46,185 bases of DNA, taken from NCBI GenBank assembly GCA_037446635.1, contig JBBIIG010000027.1:10892-57076 (forward strand). Reading direction: 5' to 3'. The notes below the pieces were generated by a model, which did not search any database, had not been told where the DNA came from, and was given only the letters and a program-made list of their open reading frames with translations. Positions within the stretch are counted from its first letter, which is position 1. Every line of letters begins with the position of its first letter. This document shows, one piece after another, positions 24,861 to 38,435 of the stretch. This DNA comes from a bacterium (lineage in GTDB: Bacteria > Zhuqueibacterota > Zhuqueibacteria > Oceanimicrobiales > Oceanimicrobiaceae). A program made the position numbers and the translations under genes.

Positions 24861-25820
24861 ATGCAAATCATTGAATATTGTGAGCAATTTAGAGACGAAT
24901 GGGATGAGTTCGTTCTGAAATCAAACAACGGCACGATGTTTCATCTTCAGAGGTTTTTGGACTATCATCGTCCCGGCAAATTTAAATTCCACCACCTAAT
25001 TTTTCTAAACGAACAAAAAATAGTGGCCGTGCTCCCCGGCCAATTGCGGGACGGCGTCTTCGAGTCGCCAGTAGGTGCAAGCTTCGGAAGTATTGTAACC
25101 CCGGATCTCAAATTTTCAGCCGCGATGCAATTGGTCTCCAACCTTCTCGATTACGGGCGCCAACAGGGCTTCAAAGAATTCATGCTCACCTCCGCGCCGA
25201 TGATCTACGAAAAATTTCCCAATCAAAACCTCGACTTCGCTATGCTCTGGCAGGGCTTTCACTACGAGACCCACTACATTTCCAGCGCCATCAAGTTGGA
25301 TCCCGCGACCGATATCATCGGCCGCTTCCAGGCTTCCGTGCGAAATTACGTCCGAAAAACTTTGCGCAATCCGGATCTACACGCTGAGCTCAGTGAGGAT
25401 TATGAGGCCTTTTACCCGATCCTGCTGCGGAATCTAAGCAAGCATAACGTGAAACCGACGCATTCATTTGAGGACCTGCTTCGACTGCGAGAATTGCTGC
25501 CGAGTAACTTGAAACTGTTTATGGTGCTTTACAAAAATAAACCCATCGCTGGCTCGCTGGTGTTTTTGTGCAACGACCGCGTGGCGCTTTGCTTTTACAA
25601 CATGATGTTGTACGAATACGCCGAACACAAACCCATTCATCGCGCAATGTATGAGGTTGTCAAATTCGCTACCGAAAATGGCTATCGCTATGTCGATATC
25701 GGAGTATCGCAGGACACGTCAGCCAGCAACCCGATGACCCCCAATACCAATCTTATCGCGTTCAAAGAAACCTTCGACGCGAAAACCATCATGCGCAATA
25801 CGCTGAGAATCAAGCTGTGA
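24861..25820 (+). CDS. GNAT/FemAB-like acyltransferase
   Basis: EWDEFV..SNNGTMFH...FLDYH, ASFG, PIAG..VF, G.RYVDIGVS, LIAFKETF. Confidence 0.8.
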   Translation: MQIIEYCEQFRDEWDEFVLKSNNGTMFHLQRFLDYHRPGKFKFHHLIFLNEQKIVAVLPGQLRDGVFESPVGASFGSIVTPDLKFSAAMQLVSNLLDYGRQQGFKEFMLTSAPMIYEKFPNQNLDFAMLWQGFHYETHYISSAIKLDPATDIIGRFQASVRNYVRKTLRNPDLHAELSEDYEAFYPILLRNLSKHNVKPTHSFEDLLRLRELLPSNLKLFMVLYKNKPIAGSLVFLCNDRVALCFYNMMLYEYAEHKPIHRAMYEVVKFATENGYRYVDIGVSQDTSASNPMTPNTNLIAFKETFDAKTIMRNTLRIKL

Positions 25821-25857
25821 ATTTGCAGAAACGCAGGGCGGAAAGAGCACAATTCGC

Positions 25858-26943
25858 TTATGCTATTTTGCTTTGCGCTTCGTATTCCCCAATCTGAACG
25901 AGAATCTCGCTGGCAACGCGGACCGGGTCATGCCGGGTTTTCACCCACTCCTTTCCTCTTCTTCCCCACTCTGCCCTTAAATCTGCCGACTCGATAAAAG
26001 GCGCCAATTTTTCAGCAATGGTATTTGACGAAACATTGATAAACGGATGCGTGCCCAACACCGCCTCGAAGTCCGGCAAAATCTCCACCGCCGTCGGGAT
26101 GCCCATGGCCAGAGCCTCGAGGCTGTTGACGCCGTAACCGAGTTCGCCCACCGTGTCCACAAACAAATCGCAACTGGCTTTGAGCTGCAACGCCTCGGCG
26201 TGCGGGAGGTTTTCAATGAGGACGATTTCAATGTCGAAGCGTTTTCTCAAGCTCTCTAATTGCTTCAAGATCGCGTCCGTTCCTTTGGCGCTGCGGTTGG
26301 TGGGCGCGTGGCCGATTCGAATGCGATTAGAATGATTGCGCGGCGGGAATTCAAACTCCAACGCAAACGGAAAAAGTAGGAAGGTCAGGTTGGGGTCGAT
26401 CAGGGTGTGATCAAATTCGAACGTGAAGCGATGCTCGGCTAATTCGTCAATCTGCGGGATGATGCCTCGGGTGCGCAAATCGCTGCCGTAATAACAAACG
26501 ACGATCCGCTTGCCTTGATCACGAAGCTCGCGCACGATTTTGCCGCTGCGCAAAAAACCCAGGCCGCCGTCGAGAAATATCAGATCAAAAGAATCGATAG
26601 CGATTGATTTCAAGAACGCTCTGACTTTGGGCTCCCAAATAAGATCACGCGCTTTGATCATGAGGGCCTCAAGGGCATGCGCTGGTTTCCACACTGGCGG
26701 CCCGTTGGCGCGCCGCCGCAAATTCGTGAGCGCGGAGTTTTTGGGAGAGGCGTACTTTTTCCACCATTTTAGATAATTTGTGGCCACAAACGGCAGGTCA
26801 AGGCAGAAATCTTCATCGTTGTATTTTTGAAACGTTTTGTAGAGGGTCGCCAGATAACTCGTGTGTCCCAGCTTTCTTTCAGCTTTAACCAAGTTGGCGG
26901 GAACGCGGGCAAAATTTTCAGCCGCAAAATGAAGAATTTTCAT
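25858..26943 (-). CDS. Glycosyltransferase (GT-B, GT4-like)
   Basis: YYGSDLR, IGHAPTNRSAKGT, CDLFVD, GYGVNSLEALAMGIP. Confidence 0.8.
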   Translation of the reverse strand: MKILHFAAENFARVPANLVKAERKLGHTSYLATLYKTFQKYNDEDFCLDLPFVATNYLKWWKKYASPKNSALTNLRRRANGPPVWKPAHALEALMIKARDLIWEPKVRAFLKSIAIDSFDLIFLDGGLGFLRSGKIVRELRDQGKRIVVCYYGSDLRTRGIIPQIDELAEHRFTFEFDHTLIDPNLTFLLFPFALEFEFPPRNHSNRIRIGHAPTNRSAKGTDAILKQLESLRKRFDIEIVLIENLPHAEALQLKASCDLFVDTVGELGYGVNSLEALAMGIPTAVEILPDFEAVLGTHPFINVSSNTIAEKLAPFIESADLRAEWGRRGKEWVKTRHDPVRVASEILVQIGEYEAQSKIA

Positions 26944-26984
26944 TTCGCATCCAACCCGGAGTGCAAAACTTTAGTTTTGCAATG

Positions 26985-27911
26985 CTAAAGCACTGCACTC
27001 CTGCTGCCTAACTTAACCATGATGGCCTTCTGCACGTGCAGGCGATTTTCCGCTTCATCAAACACGATCGAATTCGGCCCGTCGATGACCTCGTCGGTGA
27101 TTTCATCGCCGCGATGGGCGGGCAGACAGTGCATCACCAGAGAATCCGGCTTCGCGACGTTCATCAGCTCGCCGTCGATGCGATAGCCTTTGAATGCAAC
27201 CTTACGCTTTTCGGCTTCGTGCTCCTGCCCCATGCTGGCCCAGACGTCCGTGTAAAGAACGTCGGCGTCTTTGGCGGCTTGCTTGGGATCGCGCAGAATT
27301 TGAATCTCACTGACGCCGCTTTTCTGCGCGCGGGTTAAAATTTCAGAATTGGGTTCATAACCCTGCGGCACGGCCAGATGAAGCGTCATGGGAATTTTCG
27401 CGGCGATGTTGAGCCACGAGTTGGCGACGTTGTTGCCGTCGCCGATATAAACAATTTTCAATTTGGATTTCGGATCACGCTTTTCATAAATAGTGAAGAG
27501 GTCGGCCATGATCTGGCAGGGGTGCAGCAGATCGGTCAACCCGTTGATCACCGGCACGGAGGCAAATTTCGCCAATTCCAAAATGTCTTCGTGGCCGAAC
27601 AAGCGCGCCATGATCAGATCAACGTAGCGGGAAAGCGTCTGCGCCACATCGCCAATGGACTCGCGCTTGCCAATTTGAATGTCGTTGGGACCGAGATAGA
27701 GGGCGTGGCCGCCCAATTGAAACATGCCGACCTCGAACGACACGCGCGTGCGCGCCGACGGCTTTTGAAAAATCATCGCCAGGGTTTTGCCTTCAAGATA
27801 ACGATGAGGCGAACCGGCTTTTTGCTTGGCTTTGAGATCGCGGGCGAGATCGAAGACTTCGAAAATTTCGTCTCGGGTTAAATCGGCGATGGAAAGGAAA
27901 TCTTTGTGCAA
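26985..27911 (-). CDS. argF: Ornithine carbamoyltransferase
   Basis: KPSARTRVSFE, HPCQ, GDGNNV, TDVWASMG, MHCLPA, EAENRLH. Confidence 0.96.
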   Translation of the reverse strand: MHKDFLSIADLTRDEIFEVFDLARDLKAKQKAGSPHRYLEGKTLAMIFQKPSARTRVSFEVGMFQLGGHALYLGPNDIQIGKRESIGDVAQTLSRYVDLIMARLFGHEDILELAKFASVPVINGLTDLLHPCQIMADLFTIYEKRDPKSKLKIVYIGDGNNVANSWLNIAAKIPMTLHLAVPQGYEPNSEILTRAQKSGVSEIQILRDPKQAAKDADVLYTDVWASMGQEHEAEKRKVAFKGYRIDGELMNVAKPDSLVMHCLPAHRGDEITDEVIDGPNSIVFDEAENRLHVQKAIMVKLGSRSAVL

Positions 27912-28146
27912 AGTTCAGCGCTCCTGATAAGAATTAAATCAGAATGGGTTCCTGTTCTTTCAAAAATGATTTGGTTCGCGTCAATTTCAGCCAATCCGGC
28001 TCAATGTGACATTCGCGACGGCCTTTGTAACGTTTTAACATTCTTTTTAAATCACGGTCAAACTGCTTAGCAAATGCGGGTTTTAACATCAAATTTCCAA
28101 TTTGTTAAACAGCTCTTCCGCATCTTCACAATACTTCATTTGTTGA

Positions 28147-29514
28147 CTACAAAATATACCGGCTCAGATCCTCATCCTCCACAATATCCTGCAGCGTCTT
28201 GCGTACAATCTCGCGGGTGATTTTGACGTGCTTCACTTTCTTGTCCGGCACTTGAAACAAATAATCCTCCAGCAGCGCGTTCATCACCGTGTGCAGCCGC
28301 CGCGCGCCAATGTTCTCGGTTCGGTTGTTCACCTGACTGGCGATGTCGGCGATCTCCTCAATAGCGTCCTCCGTGAATTCCAGTTCTACGCCTTCGGTTT
28401 TCATGAGCGCGGTGTACTGTTTGATGAGCGCGTTTTCCGGCTCCGTCAAAATGCGAATAAAATCTGCCGCGGTGAGTTTTTCCAACTCCACGCGGATGGG
28501 AAAACGCCCCTGCAATTCCGGAATGAGATCCGACGGCTTGGAAACATGAAACGCGCCTGAGGCAATGAACAGAATGTGGTCGGTTTTCACCATGCCGTAT
28601 TTAGTGAATACACTGGTGCCCTCCACCACTGGCAGCAAGTCCCGCTGCACTCCCTCGCGCGAGACATCCGGGCCAGCGCTGTTATCTTCACCGGCAATTT
28701 TGTCGATTTCATCCAAGAACACAATACCGGAATTTTGCGCCCGCTGGATGGCTTCTTGCACCACCTGCTCCATGTCGATCAGCTTCTGCGCTTCTTCTTG
28801 GGTCAGGTACTTGCGCGCTTCGGAAATTTTCATTTTACGGCGCTTGGTTTTTTTCGGCATCATGCCGCCAAACAAATCCTGCAGGTTCACCCCCATCTCC
28901 TCAACGCCCATGGGCGAGATGATTTGCATCAACGGAAATTGTTCGGCGTTCACATCCAACTCCACCATGCGCTCTTCCAACTCGCCATTTTCGAGTTGCT
29001 GTTTCAGCTTTTCGCGACTGCGCTTGTGCCGCTCTTCCGCCTCGTCTGAATTGGAGTTGTCTGCCTCGGCCATTTTTTTAACTTTGGGGCGCGGCGGCAG
29101 CAACAACTCCAGCAATCGCTCCTGCGCGTGTTTTTCCGCGAGCTCCTGCACTTCAGCGGTTTTCTCGGATTTCACCATCGACACCGCCAGATCCACCAGA
29201 TCGCGAATGATGGATTCGACGTCGCGGCCCACGTACCCCACCTCAGTGAACTTTGAAGCCTCCACTTTTATGAACGGGGCATTGGCAAGCTTGGCCAGCC
29301 GTCGGGCGATCTCGGTTTTTCCCACGCCCGTCGGGCCGATGAGAATAATATTGTTGGGATAAATTTCTTCGCGCAAATCATCCCCCACTTGCAGCCGCCG
29401 CCAGCGGTTGCGCAGCGCGATGGCTACGGACTTCTTCGCCTTCGCCTGACCAATGACATACTTATCCAATTCCTGAACAATTTGACGCGGAGTAAATTCC
29501 TTAATATCTTGCAT
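28147..29514 (-). CDS. hslU: HslU ATPase subunit
   Basis: [44 protein letters not shown]-terminal DLSRYIL. Confidence 0.98.
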   Translation of the reverse strand: MQDIKEFTPRQIVQELDKYVIGQAKAKKSVAIALRNRWRRLQVGDDLREEIYPNNIILIGPTGVGKTEIARRLAKLANAPFIKVEASKFTEVGYVGRDVESIIRDLVDLAVSMVKSEKTAEVQELAEKHAQERLLELLLPPRPKVKKMAEADNSNSDEAEERHKRSREKLKQQLENGELEERMVELDVNAEQFPLMQIISPMGVEEMGVNLQDLFGGMMPKKTKRRKMKISEARKYLTQEEAQKLIDMEQVVQEAIQRAQNSGIVFLDEIDKIAGEDNSAGPDVSREGVQRDLLPVVEGTSVFTKYGMVKTDHILFIASGAFHVSKPSDLIPELQGRFPIRVELEKLTAADFIRILTEPENALIKQYTALMKTEGVELEFTEDAIEEIADIASQVNNRTENIGARRLHTVMNALLEDYLFQVPDKKVKHVKITREIVRKTLQDIVEDEDLSRYIL

Positions 29515-29528
29515 GCGCGTTCCAGTGA

Positions 29529-30062
29529 TTATAATTCTTCGATGGTCAGATCGAGGTTCGTGTAAATGCAGATGCCGGCAGCGATTTTAAGGGACTCCTC
29601 CACAATGCCTTTCGCCGGTAAATTAGAAAATTGCGCCAGCGCGCTGGCGGCGGCCATAGCATATCCCCCGCCCGAGCCGATGGCAATGATGTTGTCATCC
29701 GGCTCGATGACGTCGCCGGTGCCGGAAATGAGAAACATGCTTTTCTTATCCATCACAATGAGCTGCGCTTCCAGCCGGCGCAGAAAGCGATCGGTTCGCC
29801 ACTCTTTTGCCAGCTCCACCGCCGCGCGCGAGAGGTTGCCGCTGTATTGCTCCAGTCGTCCTTCAAATTTTTCGAACAGGGTAAACGCATCTGCGGAAGC
29901 GCCGGCGAAACCCGCCAAAACGGCATTGTTATAAATTTTGCGGATTTTTTTGGCTTTCATTTTGAGGACGGCGTCGCCAAAGGTGACCTGGCCGTCGCCG
30001 CCCATGGCGCTTTTGCCTTTGTGGCGTACGCCCAAAATCGTGGTGCTTTTGATAAGTTTCAT
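29529..30062 (-). CDS. hslV: HslV protease subunit
   Basis: TTIL, GDGQVT, GFAG, LRRLEA, AIGSGG.YA, ICIYTN. Confidence 0.98.
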   Translation of the reverse strand: MKLIKSTTILGVRHKGKSAMGGDGQVTFGDAVLKMKAKKIRKIYNNAVLAGFAGASADAFTLFEKFEGRLEQYSGNLSRAAVELAKEWRTDRFLRRLEAQLIVMDKKSMFLISGTGDVIEPDDNIIAIGSGGGYAMAAASALAQFSNLPAKGIVEESLKIAAGICIYTNLDLTIEEL

Positions 30063-30065
30063 GAA

Positions 30066-31520
30066 TTATATTTTTCGACGTAAGCGCGAAACCGGAATCA
30101 TCATTTGTTCGCGGTATTTGGCAACCGTGCGCCGGGCGACGTTGAAGCCTTTGGCCTTCAACATCACCGCGATGCGCTGGTCGTTCAGTGGTTTGTTGGG
30201 GTCTTCTTTTTCGATGATTTCTTTGATTAAATTCTTAATGATTTTGTTGGAAACATCTTCGCCGACGTCGCTCTTGATGCGCTCGCTGAAAAAATATTTA
30301 AGCTCAAACACGCCGTACTCCGTTTGCACGTACTTGCCGTTGGTGACACGGCTGATGGTAGAAATATCCATCCCAATTTCTTCGGCGATGTCTTTGAGGA
30401 TCATCGGCTTGAGATGCTCTTTGCCGAACTCGAAAAAGTCGCGCTGCTTTTCGATGATGGTTTCCATGACTCTCAAAATCGTGGCGCGGCGCTGGTGAAT
30501 GGAGTTGATGAGCCAGCGCGCGGATTCGAGGCTCTGGCGGATGTAATCGCGGGTTTCTTTGCTGGAGTTCTTTTTATCGAGCAGAAGCTTTTTGTAGGAG
30601 TTGTTGATGCGAAGATGAGGGATGTTCCAATCGTTCATGATGACTCGGAAGCCGCCCTCGTTATCTCGTTCCACCACCAAATCCGGCACAATCACATTTT
30701 GATGAAAGAGCACATAGCCCTCGCCGGGCTTGGGGTTGAGTTTGGTGATTTCTTCGATGGCCAGGCGAATGTCATCAAGCGAGATGTTCATCTTCTTGGC
30801 GATTTTCTCGTAGCGCTTGTTGGTGAAATCATCAAAATTTTCTTTGAGAATTTCGATGGCGATTTTGTTGTCCGGCTGCTTCTCCTGCATTTGAATCAGC
30901 AGGCATTCTTGCAGCGTGCGCGCGCCAATGCCCGAGGGGTCAAAACGTTGAATGGTTTTCAAAACCTTCTCGACCGTCTCTTTATCGACGTCGAGATTCT
31001 CGGCGATGTTCTCCACGGTGTAAGTCAAATATCCGTCTTCGTTGATGCTCCAAATAATGTATTCCCCAATTATCATCTCCTTTTCGTTAAGACTGGTCAT
31101 GTGGAGCTGATTGAGCAAATGTTCCGGCAGAGTGGTTTGCGCCACTTCGGGCCGCTCGAAGACTTCGGAGTTGTCTTCCCGCGGCAGCTTGAATTCGTAA
31201 TTGTCCTCGTCGTTTAGAATGCTGTCCCAGTCAACTTCTTCCTTTTCGAAATCATCAATGGCATCCTCCGACTTCTCAACGTCGCTGTCGGCCTCTTTGT
31301 CGTTGCTGTCCACTTCCAATGACAGATCCGGCTCCTCATCGAGTTCCTCAGCCAATTCAGTTTCCAGCAATTCATCCACTTCCAACAGGGGATTCATTTC
31401 CAGCTCCATTTTGATCTTCTGTTCCAAACTCAAAATCGGGAGCTGCAAAAGTGAAGACAACAAAACCTGCTGCGGAGACTGTTTTAATTGCAAGCTCAGT
31501 CGTTGAACTAAATTTGGCAT
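30066..31520 (-). CDS. rpoN: RNA polymerase sigma-54 factor
   Basis: RpoN box ARRTVAKYRE, STISRV..KY, LLQLP..L. Confidence 0.98.
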   Translation of the reverse strand: MPNLVQRLSLQLKQSPQQVLLSSLLQLPILSLEQKIKMELEMNPLLEVDELLETELAEELDEEPDLSLEVDSNDKEADSDVEKSEDAIDDFEKEEVDWDSILNDEDNYEFKLPREDNSEVFERPEVAQTTLPEHLLNQLHMTSLNEKEMIIGEYIIWSINEDGYLTYTVENIAENLDVDKETVEKVLKTIQRFDPSGIGARTLQECLLIQMQEKQPDNKIAIEILKENFDDFTNKRYEKIAKKMNISLDDIRLAIEEITKLNPKPGEGYVLFHQNVIVPDLVVERDNEGGFRVIMNDWNIPHLRINNSYKKLLLDKKNSSKETRDYIRQSLESARWLINSIHQRRATILRVMETIIEKQRDFFEFGKEHLKPMILKDIAEEIGMDISTISRVTNGKYVQTEYGVFELKYFFSERIKSDVGEDVSNKIIKNLIKEIIEKEDPNKPLNDQRIAVMLKAKGFNVARRTVAKYREQMMIPVSRLRRKI

Positions 31521-31570
31521 GTCACGATTCTCATCCTAATTTATTGCGAGTACTAATATAAACATTTCTT

Positions 31571-32293
31571 TTATCGATTCAATTTAAATCTCTCGCCTAA
31601 ATATAATTTTAACGCCGCCGGATCGTTGGCTAAAAAATCGGCGGTGCCGGATTTTAGAATGACCCCATCATAAAGCAGATAGGCGCGATCCGTGATGGAC
31701 AACGTTTCGTGAACGTTGTGATCGGTAATCAGCACGCCGATGTTCTTGTCTTTCAGCCTCTGCACAATGTTTTGAATTTCCTCCACCGCAATGGGATCGA
31801 CGCCCACGAACGGCTCATCCAGCAGAATGAACTTTGGGCTCACCACCAGCGCGCGGGTGATTTCAACCCGCCGCCGTTCTCCGCCGGAGAGCGTGTAGGC
31901 CATTTGCTGGGCCAGGCGCGTCAGATTGAGCTCCTCCAACAAAGCGTTTAGCCGGCGGCGGCGTTCCTCTTTGGATAAATTAAGCGTCTCCAAAATTGCC
32001 ATCAGGTTTTGTTCAACCGTCAATCGCCGAAAGATTGAAGGCTCTTGAGAGAGATAGCCAATCCCCAGGCGCGCCCGTTTGTACATCGGCAGGCGGGTGA
32101 TGTCCTGCTCTTCTAAAAAAATGCTGCCGCGATGCGGGCGAATCATACCGGTGATCATGTGAAAGGTCGTGGTCTTGCCAGCGCCGTTGGGGCCGAGCAG
32201 GCCGACGATCTCCCCGCGCTCGACGCTGATGCTGACGCCATCGACGACCTTGCGCCGTTTGTAAATCTTCACCAGTCCATCTGTTCTGAGCAT
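31571..32293 (-). CDS. lptB: LPS export ABC ATPase
   Basis: GPNGAGKTT, LSGGERRRVEI, LLDEPF.GVDPI, TDHNV.ETL. Confidence 0.96.
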   Translation of the reverse strand: MLRTDGLVKIYKRRKVVDGVSISVERGEIVGLLGPNGAGKTTTFHMITGMIRPHRGSIFLEEQDITRLPMYKRARLGIGYLSQEPSIFRRLTVEQNLMAILETLNLSKEERRRRLNALLEELNLTRLAQQMAYTLSGGERRRVEITRALVVSPKFILLDEPFVGVDPIAVEEIQNIVQRLKDKNIGVLITDHNVHETLSITDRAYLLYDGVILKSGTADFLANDPAALKLYLGERFKLNR

Positions 32294-33383
32294 GTTTAGA
32301 ATTCTTTCGCAAGTTCAGCTTCGCGGCGGCGAATAGATGCCTTTGGAAAATTCCGGATCGCTCATCACTTTGACCCGCTGCACCGCCCCCTCTTCCAAAT
32401 AAACTTCAATGCGATCGCCGGAGACCTCGTTGACCCCCTTGTATTGCTGGTTTTCAATCACGTGAAACAGGCTGGTCGCGCGATTTTCAATAATCGCGCG
32501 CACCAGTTTCTTTTTCTCAAAATAAAAATTCATGGTCTCGCCGCTCAACTTATTCACCCAGCGGCCTTTGTTCAAGGTGTCGGCTTCGGAAGTGGCCAGC
32601 GCATTCCCAGCGACAAACGCCCGCGACAAAACTTCGTCCTCAAAATATAACATCAAGGTGTCGCCGCTAATATTTTGATTGGAATGCACCACCGTCGGTT
32701 TCTCCGCCAGCAGCGCGCGTTTTTCGTCTTTGAAATATTCTACCCGCCCGCAAACGGCGTCCGCTTCTTCCTGGTGGATTTTGACGTTGCCCTTCACCAG
32801 CACCCGTTTGCCGCCTTCAAACACCTCCATCGTGTCTCCGCTGATAGTCATCGTAACCTGTCGCAGGCTGTCCAATTTCACCAGCGCCGGGTTCAGCAAA
32901 ATTTTGCCATATTTTTGATCGCGAAAATATTCCGCGATGCCGCCAGTCACAATCGTTCGATCTTTCACGTTGGCGATGCGAACGTCGTTTTCGGAAACGA
33001 TTTTGTTTTCTTTTTCAAAATAACTAACGCGATGGGCGCGAGTGGTGTCCGATTCGGTGATGCTGACCACGTTGCCCAGCGCGACCTGTTTATTTTCTTT
33101 TTGATAAAAATAAACCGTATCGGCAAAAAGCTGGCGCTTGTCATCGATGATTTTGACGTTGCCAATGAGTGCGGCGGGATCGTGTTCAAAAATTTGCGTC
33201 GCGAGATCGCAGCGGATGTTGGTCTGGCCTTGCTGAAACTCCACGTTGCCCTGCAGTTTCTGAATGGCGCGACCGTGGACGGTCTCGCGTTTCAAGACGT
33301 CGGCGTGAATCAAACGCAGGCGCTCGCCGGCCTCCTGGCTCAGGAGCACGCTCGCCGAAATCAACGCAGCCGCGAAAATGAAT

Positions 33384-35945
<2,562 letters not shown>

Positions 35946-35971
35946 AACAACATCGCTGAAAATGACAGGCT

Positions 35972-36000
35972 AATATAAAACAATTCGCCGGGATTGTCAA
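35972..36000 (-). promoter_or_regulatory. Sigma70 promoter for the gatC-pyrG-lpt operon
   Basis: TTGACA-17nt-TATATT. Confidence 0.6.
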
Positions 36001-36048
36001 GACCAAATTCCCAGTGGTGGCATAATATTTGTTGAAGCGGGTTTAAAA

Positions 36049-36079
36049 CTAAAAAAGCGGCTTGTTTGCCGCTTTTTAG
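36049..36079 (-). terminator. Terminator after rpmA
   Basis: AAAAAGCGGC..GCCGCTTTTT stem with a T tract. Confidence 0.7.
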
Positions 36080-36113
36080 CTTCCACGACTTGCTCGCAAA
36101 AAATCTGCCGCGC

Positions 36114-36371
36114 TCACTCTTTTGCCAGGACACTTACTTTCTTCTTGTAGCGTCCGCTTCTTTCGAACTTCACCACCCCCGCGCTCAACGCAAACAGTGT
36201 ATCGTCTCTGCCCACTCCGACGTTCTCGCCGGGCTGAATGCGCGTGCCGCGCTGCCGTACCAAAATGCTGCCGGCGTTCACAAGTTGGCCGTCAAAGCGC
36301 TTGACGCCGAGAAATTGCGGGTTGCTGTCGCGGCCGTTTTTAGAACTGCCTACACCTTTTTTATGAGCCAT
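36114..36371 (-). CDS. rpmA: 50S ribosomal protein L27
   Basis: [28 protein letters not shown]. Confidence 0.99.
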   Translation of the reverse strand: MAHKKGVGSSKNGRDSNPQFLGVKRFDGQLVNAGSILVRQRGTRIQPGENVGVGRDDTLFALSAGVVKFERSGRYKKKVSVLAKE

Positions 36372-36372
36372 G

Positions 36373-36708
36373 TTATTTTTCCTCCTTTGCGGATGCTTTT
36401 GCTTTAATGCTTTTAATCATAATGGAAGTGAAATCCTGACGGTGGCCGCGTTTCACTTCGTAGCCTTTGCGGCGCTTCTTTTTGTACACCATGATTTTCT
36501 TGCCGCGCTCGAATCCCAAAATTTTTGCTTTGACGCTGGCGCCTTCGATGATGGGTTGGCCCACCGTCACTTTGCCTTTATCGGCCACCAGCAACACCTT
36601 ATCCAGCAGCACCTCCTCGTTTTCTTTACCCTGAATTTTGGGGACCACCAGTTTTTGATCTTTGATTACCTTGAACTGCTGGCCCGCAATGTCAACAATT
36701 GCATACAT
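36373..36708 (-). CDS. rplU: 50S ribosomal protein L21
   Basis: [27 protein letters not shown]; true start ATG 36708 (RBS GGAG). Confidence 0.97.
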   Translation of the reverse strand: MYAIVDIAGQQFKVIKDQKLVVPKIQGKENEEVLLDKVLLVADKGKVTVGQPIIEGASVKAKILGFERGKKIMVYKKKRRKGYEVKRGHRQDFTSIMIKSIKAKASAKEEK

Positions 36709-36737
36709 ATTTTTCTCCGCGATTAACGTTTTCAAAG

Positions 36738-38258
36738 TTATGACAAGAATTGATCGGTAACATCGGCGTCGTCTTTTTTCAAGAGGATTCTGAATTGCTC
36801 GGGGCGCAGCGAATCGTCTTTCACGACCTCGATTTTGAGCCGATACTTCCACATGAGTTTTCTAATCTTGCTGAAGAAGCCCTCGCTGACATAATCGGCG
36901 ATGGACGAATGCACGACCAATTTCAGCGACCACTCGCTGCGCTCGGTTTTGAATCGTTTGATCCAGCGCTCAATTTTTGTTAGCACCGTGCTTCTTGAGA
37001 GGACCCGCCCGACGCCCTCGCAAGTTGGGCAGCGTTCGCTGAATGAATGCAGCAAGCTGGGCCGGATGCGCTCGCGCGTCATTTCGATCAAGCCGAAGTC
37101 GCTGATGGGCAGAATGCTTGACTGAGCGCGGTCTTTGCGCAGCTCGCGGCGGAATTCTTCATATAGTCGCTTTTTGTTGTTGGGATCGGTCATGTCAATG
37201 AAATCGATGACAATCAACCCTCCCAGATCGCGCAGCCGCAATTGTCGCGCGATCTCTTTCGCTGCCTCAAGATTGATTTTTAACGTGCTCTCCTCGGGTT
37301 CCCTTCCTTTGATGTATTTACCGCTATTGACGTCGATGACAACCATCGCCTCAGTATGATCAACGATGATATATCCGCCGCTGGGCGTCCAAACTTTTCG
37401 GGCAAGACTTTTATCAATTTCGCTTTCGATGCCAAAAACATCGAAAATCGGTTTCTGGCTTTTGAAGTATTCCACGCGATGGGCAAGACTGGGTGCGATA
37501 TCTTCGAGGTAGGCTAATATTTCACGGTAGAGCTTCTTTGAATCGATGATCACCCGGGTGACATCGTTGGTAAACAAATCGCGGATGACGCTCGAGGCCA
37601 TCGCTTCGTCTTTGTAAATCAGAGACGGCGGCCTAACCTGCTTCAGTTTTTTTTCAATTTTTTGCCATTTTTTTAACAGACTCTCTAAATCGGCCCGCAG
37701 CGCATCCTCATTTTTATATTCGGCAACCGTGCGCACGATGATGCCAAATCCCTTTGGCTTCATGGCGCGAATGACATTTTTCAGCCGTTTTTTTTCTTTG
37801 ATGCTGCCGATTTTTTTTGAGACGCCGATGATATCAGAATTGGGAACCAGAACGATAAATCTGCCGGGAAACGACAACTCGCTGGAGACGCGAGCGCCTT
37901 TTCTGCTAATGGGCTCTTTAATAACTTGCACCAGGATTTCCTGTCCCTCTTTCGGAATGGGCCGTTCGGATTTTGATTTGGCGTTTTCATAGTTGTTGTC
38001 GATGTCTATGAACGCGCGGTAATCCGATAAGGTGTCGCCGATGTCTGAGAAATGCAAAAACGCGTCCTGGTCGTGCCCGATATCCACAAACGCCGCGTGC
38101 ATGCCTTTTACGACATTGACCACCTTGCCCAGGTAAATATCTCCGACCATCCTCTCGTTTTCCGGATGTTCCACAAAAAGCTCTGCCAGCCGGCCGTCCT
38201 CTACTATCGCAATCCGGGTCTCACCAATCGAGGAATTGATGATGATTTCCTTTCTCAT
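36738..38258 (-). CDS. rng: Ribonuclease G/E family protein
   Basis: S1 domain VGDIYLGKV, AAFVDIG, IDVNSG, IARQLRLRDLGGLIVIDFIDM, CPTC.G.G. Confidence 0.95.
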   Translation of the reverse strand: MRKEIIINSSIGETRIAIVEDGRLAELFVEHPENERMVGDIYLGKVVNVVKGMHAAFVDIGHDQDAFLHFSDIGDTLSDYRAFIDIDNNYENAKSKSERPIPKEGQEILVQVIKEPISRKGARVSSELSFPGRFIVLVPNSDIIGVSKKIGSIKEKKRLKNVIRAMKPKGFGIIVRTVAEYKNEDALRADLESLLKKWQKIEKKLKQVRPPSLIYKDEAMASSVIRDLFTNDVTRVIIDSKKLYREILAYLEDIAPSLAHRVEYFKSQKPIFDVFGIESEIDKSLARKVWTPSGGYIIVDHTEAMVVIDVNSGKYIKGREPEESTLKINLEAAKEIARQLRLRDLGGLIVIDFIDMTDPNNKKRLYEEFRRELRKDRAQSSILPISDFGLIEMTRERIRPSLLHSFSERCPTCEGVGRVLSRSTVLTKIERWIKRFKTERSEWSLKLVVHSSIADYVSEGFFSKIRKLMWKYRLKIEVVKDDSLRPEQFRILLKKDDADVTDQFLS

Positions 38259-38351
38259 AAGTGATTTTTGTACTCCTATGCAAATCGTTTAAAAACTACA
38301 ATTGATTAGATCAGGATGAGAGGCGGTAGCAAATATTGTCAAAGAACAAAC

Positions 38352-38378
38352 AAAAAGGGATAATATTTATCCCTTTTT
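38352..38378. terminator. Hairpin with A/T tails between the HD gene and rng
   Basis: AAAAAGGGATAA-TAT-TTATCCCTTTTT. Confidence 0.6.
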
Positions 38379-38386
38379 TGAGCGTA

Positions 38387-38415
38387 ATTATAAAAAAAAA
38401 ATCAATAATTTGCAA
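38387..38415 (-). promoter_or_regulatory. Sigma70 promoter upstream of rng
   Basis: TTGCAA-17nt-TATAAT, with a T10 run spanning the spacer and the first base of the -10. Confidence 0.55.
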
Positions 38416-38435
38416 GTTATTTTTCTGAAGCGCCT

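Noticed and set aside
28565..31217. Long plus-strand ORFs opposite hslU, hslV and rpoN (and similar ones throughout the window)
   Set aside because: Antisense open frames expected from codon bias; no protein motifs.
36018..36032. Sigma54-like TGGCAT-N5-TTGT
   Set aside because: Imperfect -12 element, and it points along the plus strand where no real gene follows.
36709..36852. 48-aa N-terminal extension of L21
   Set aside because: Overlaps the rng gene; the canonical MYAIV start with an RBS is at 36708.
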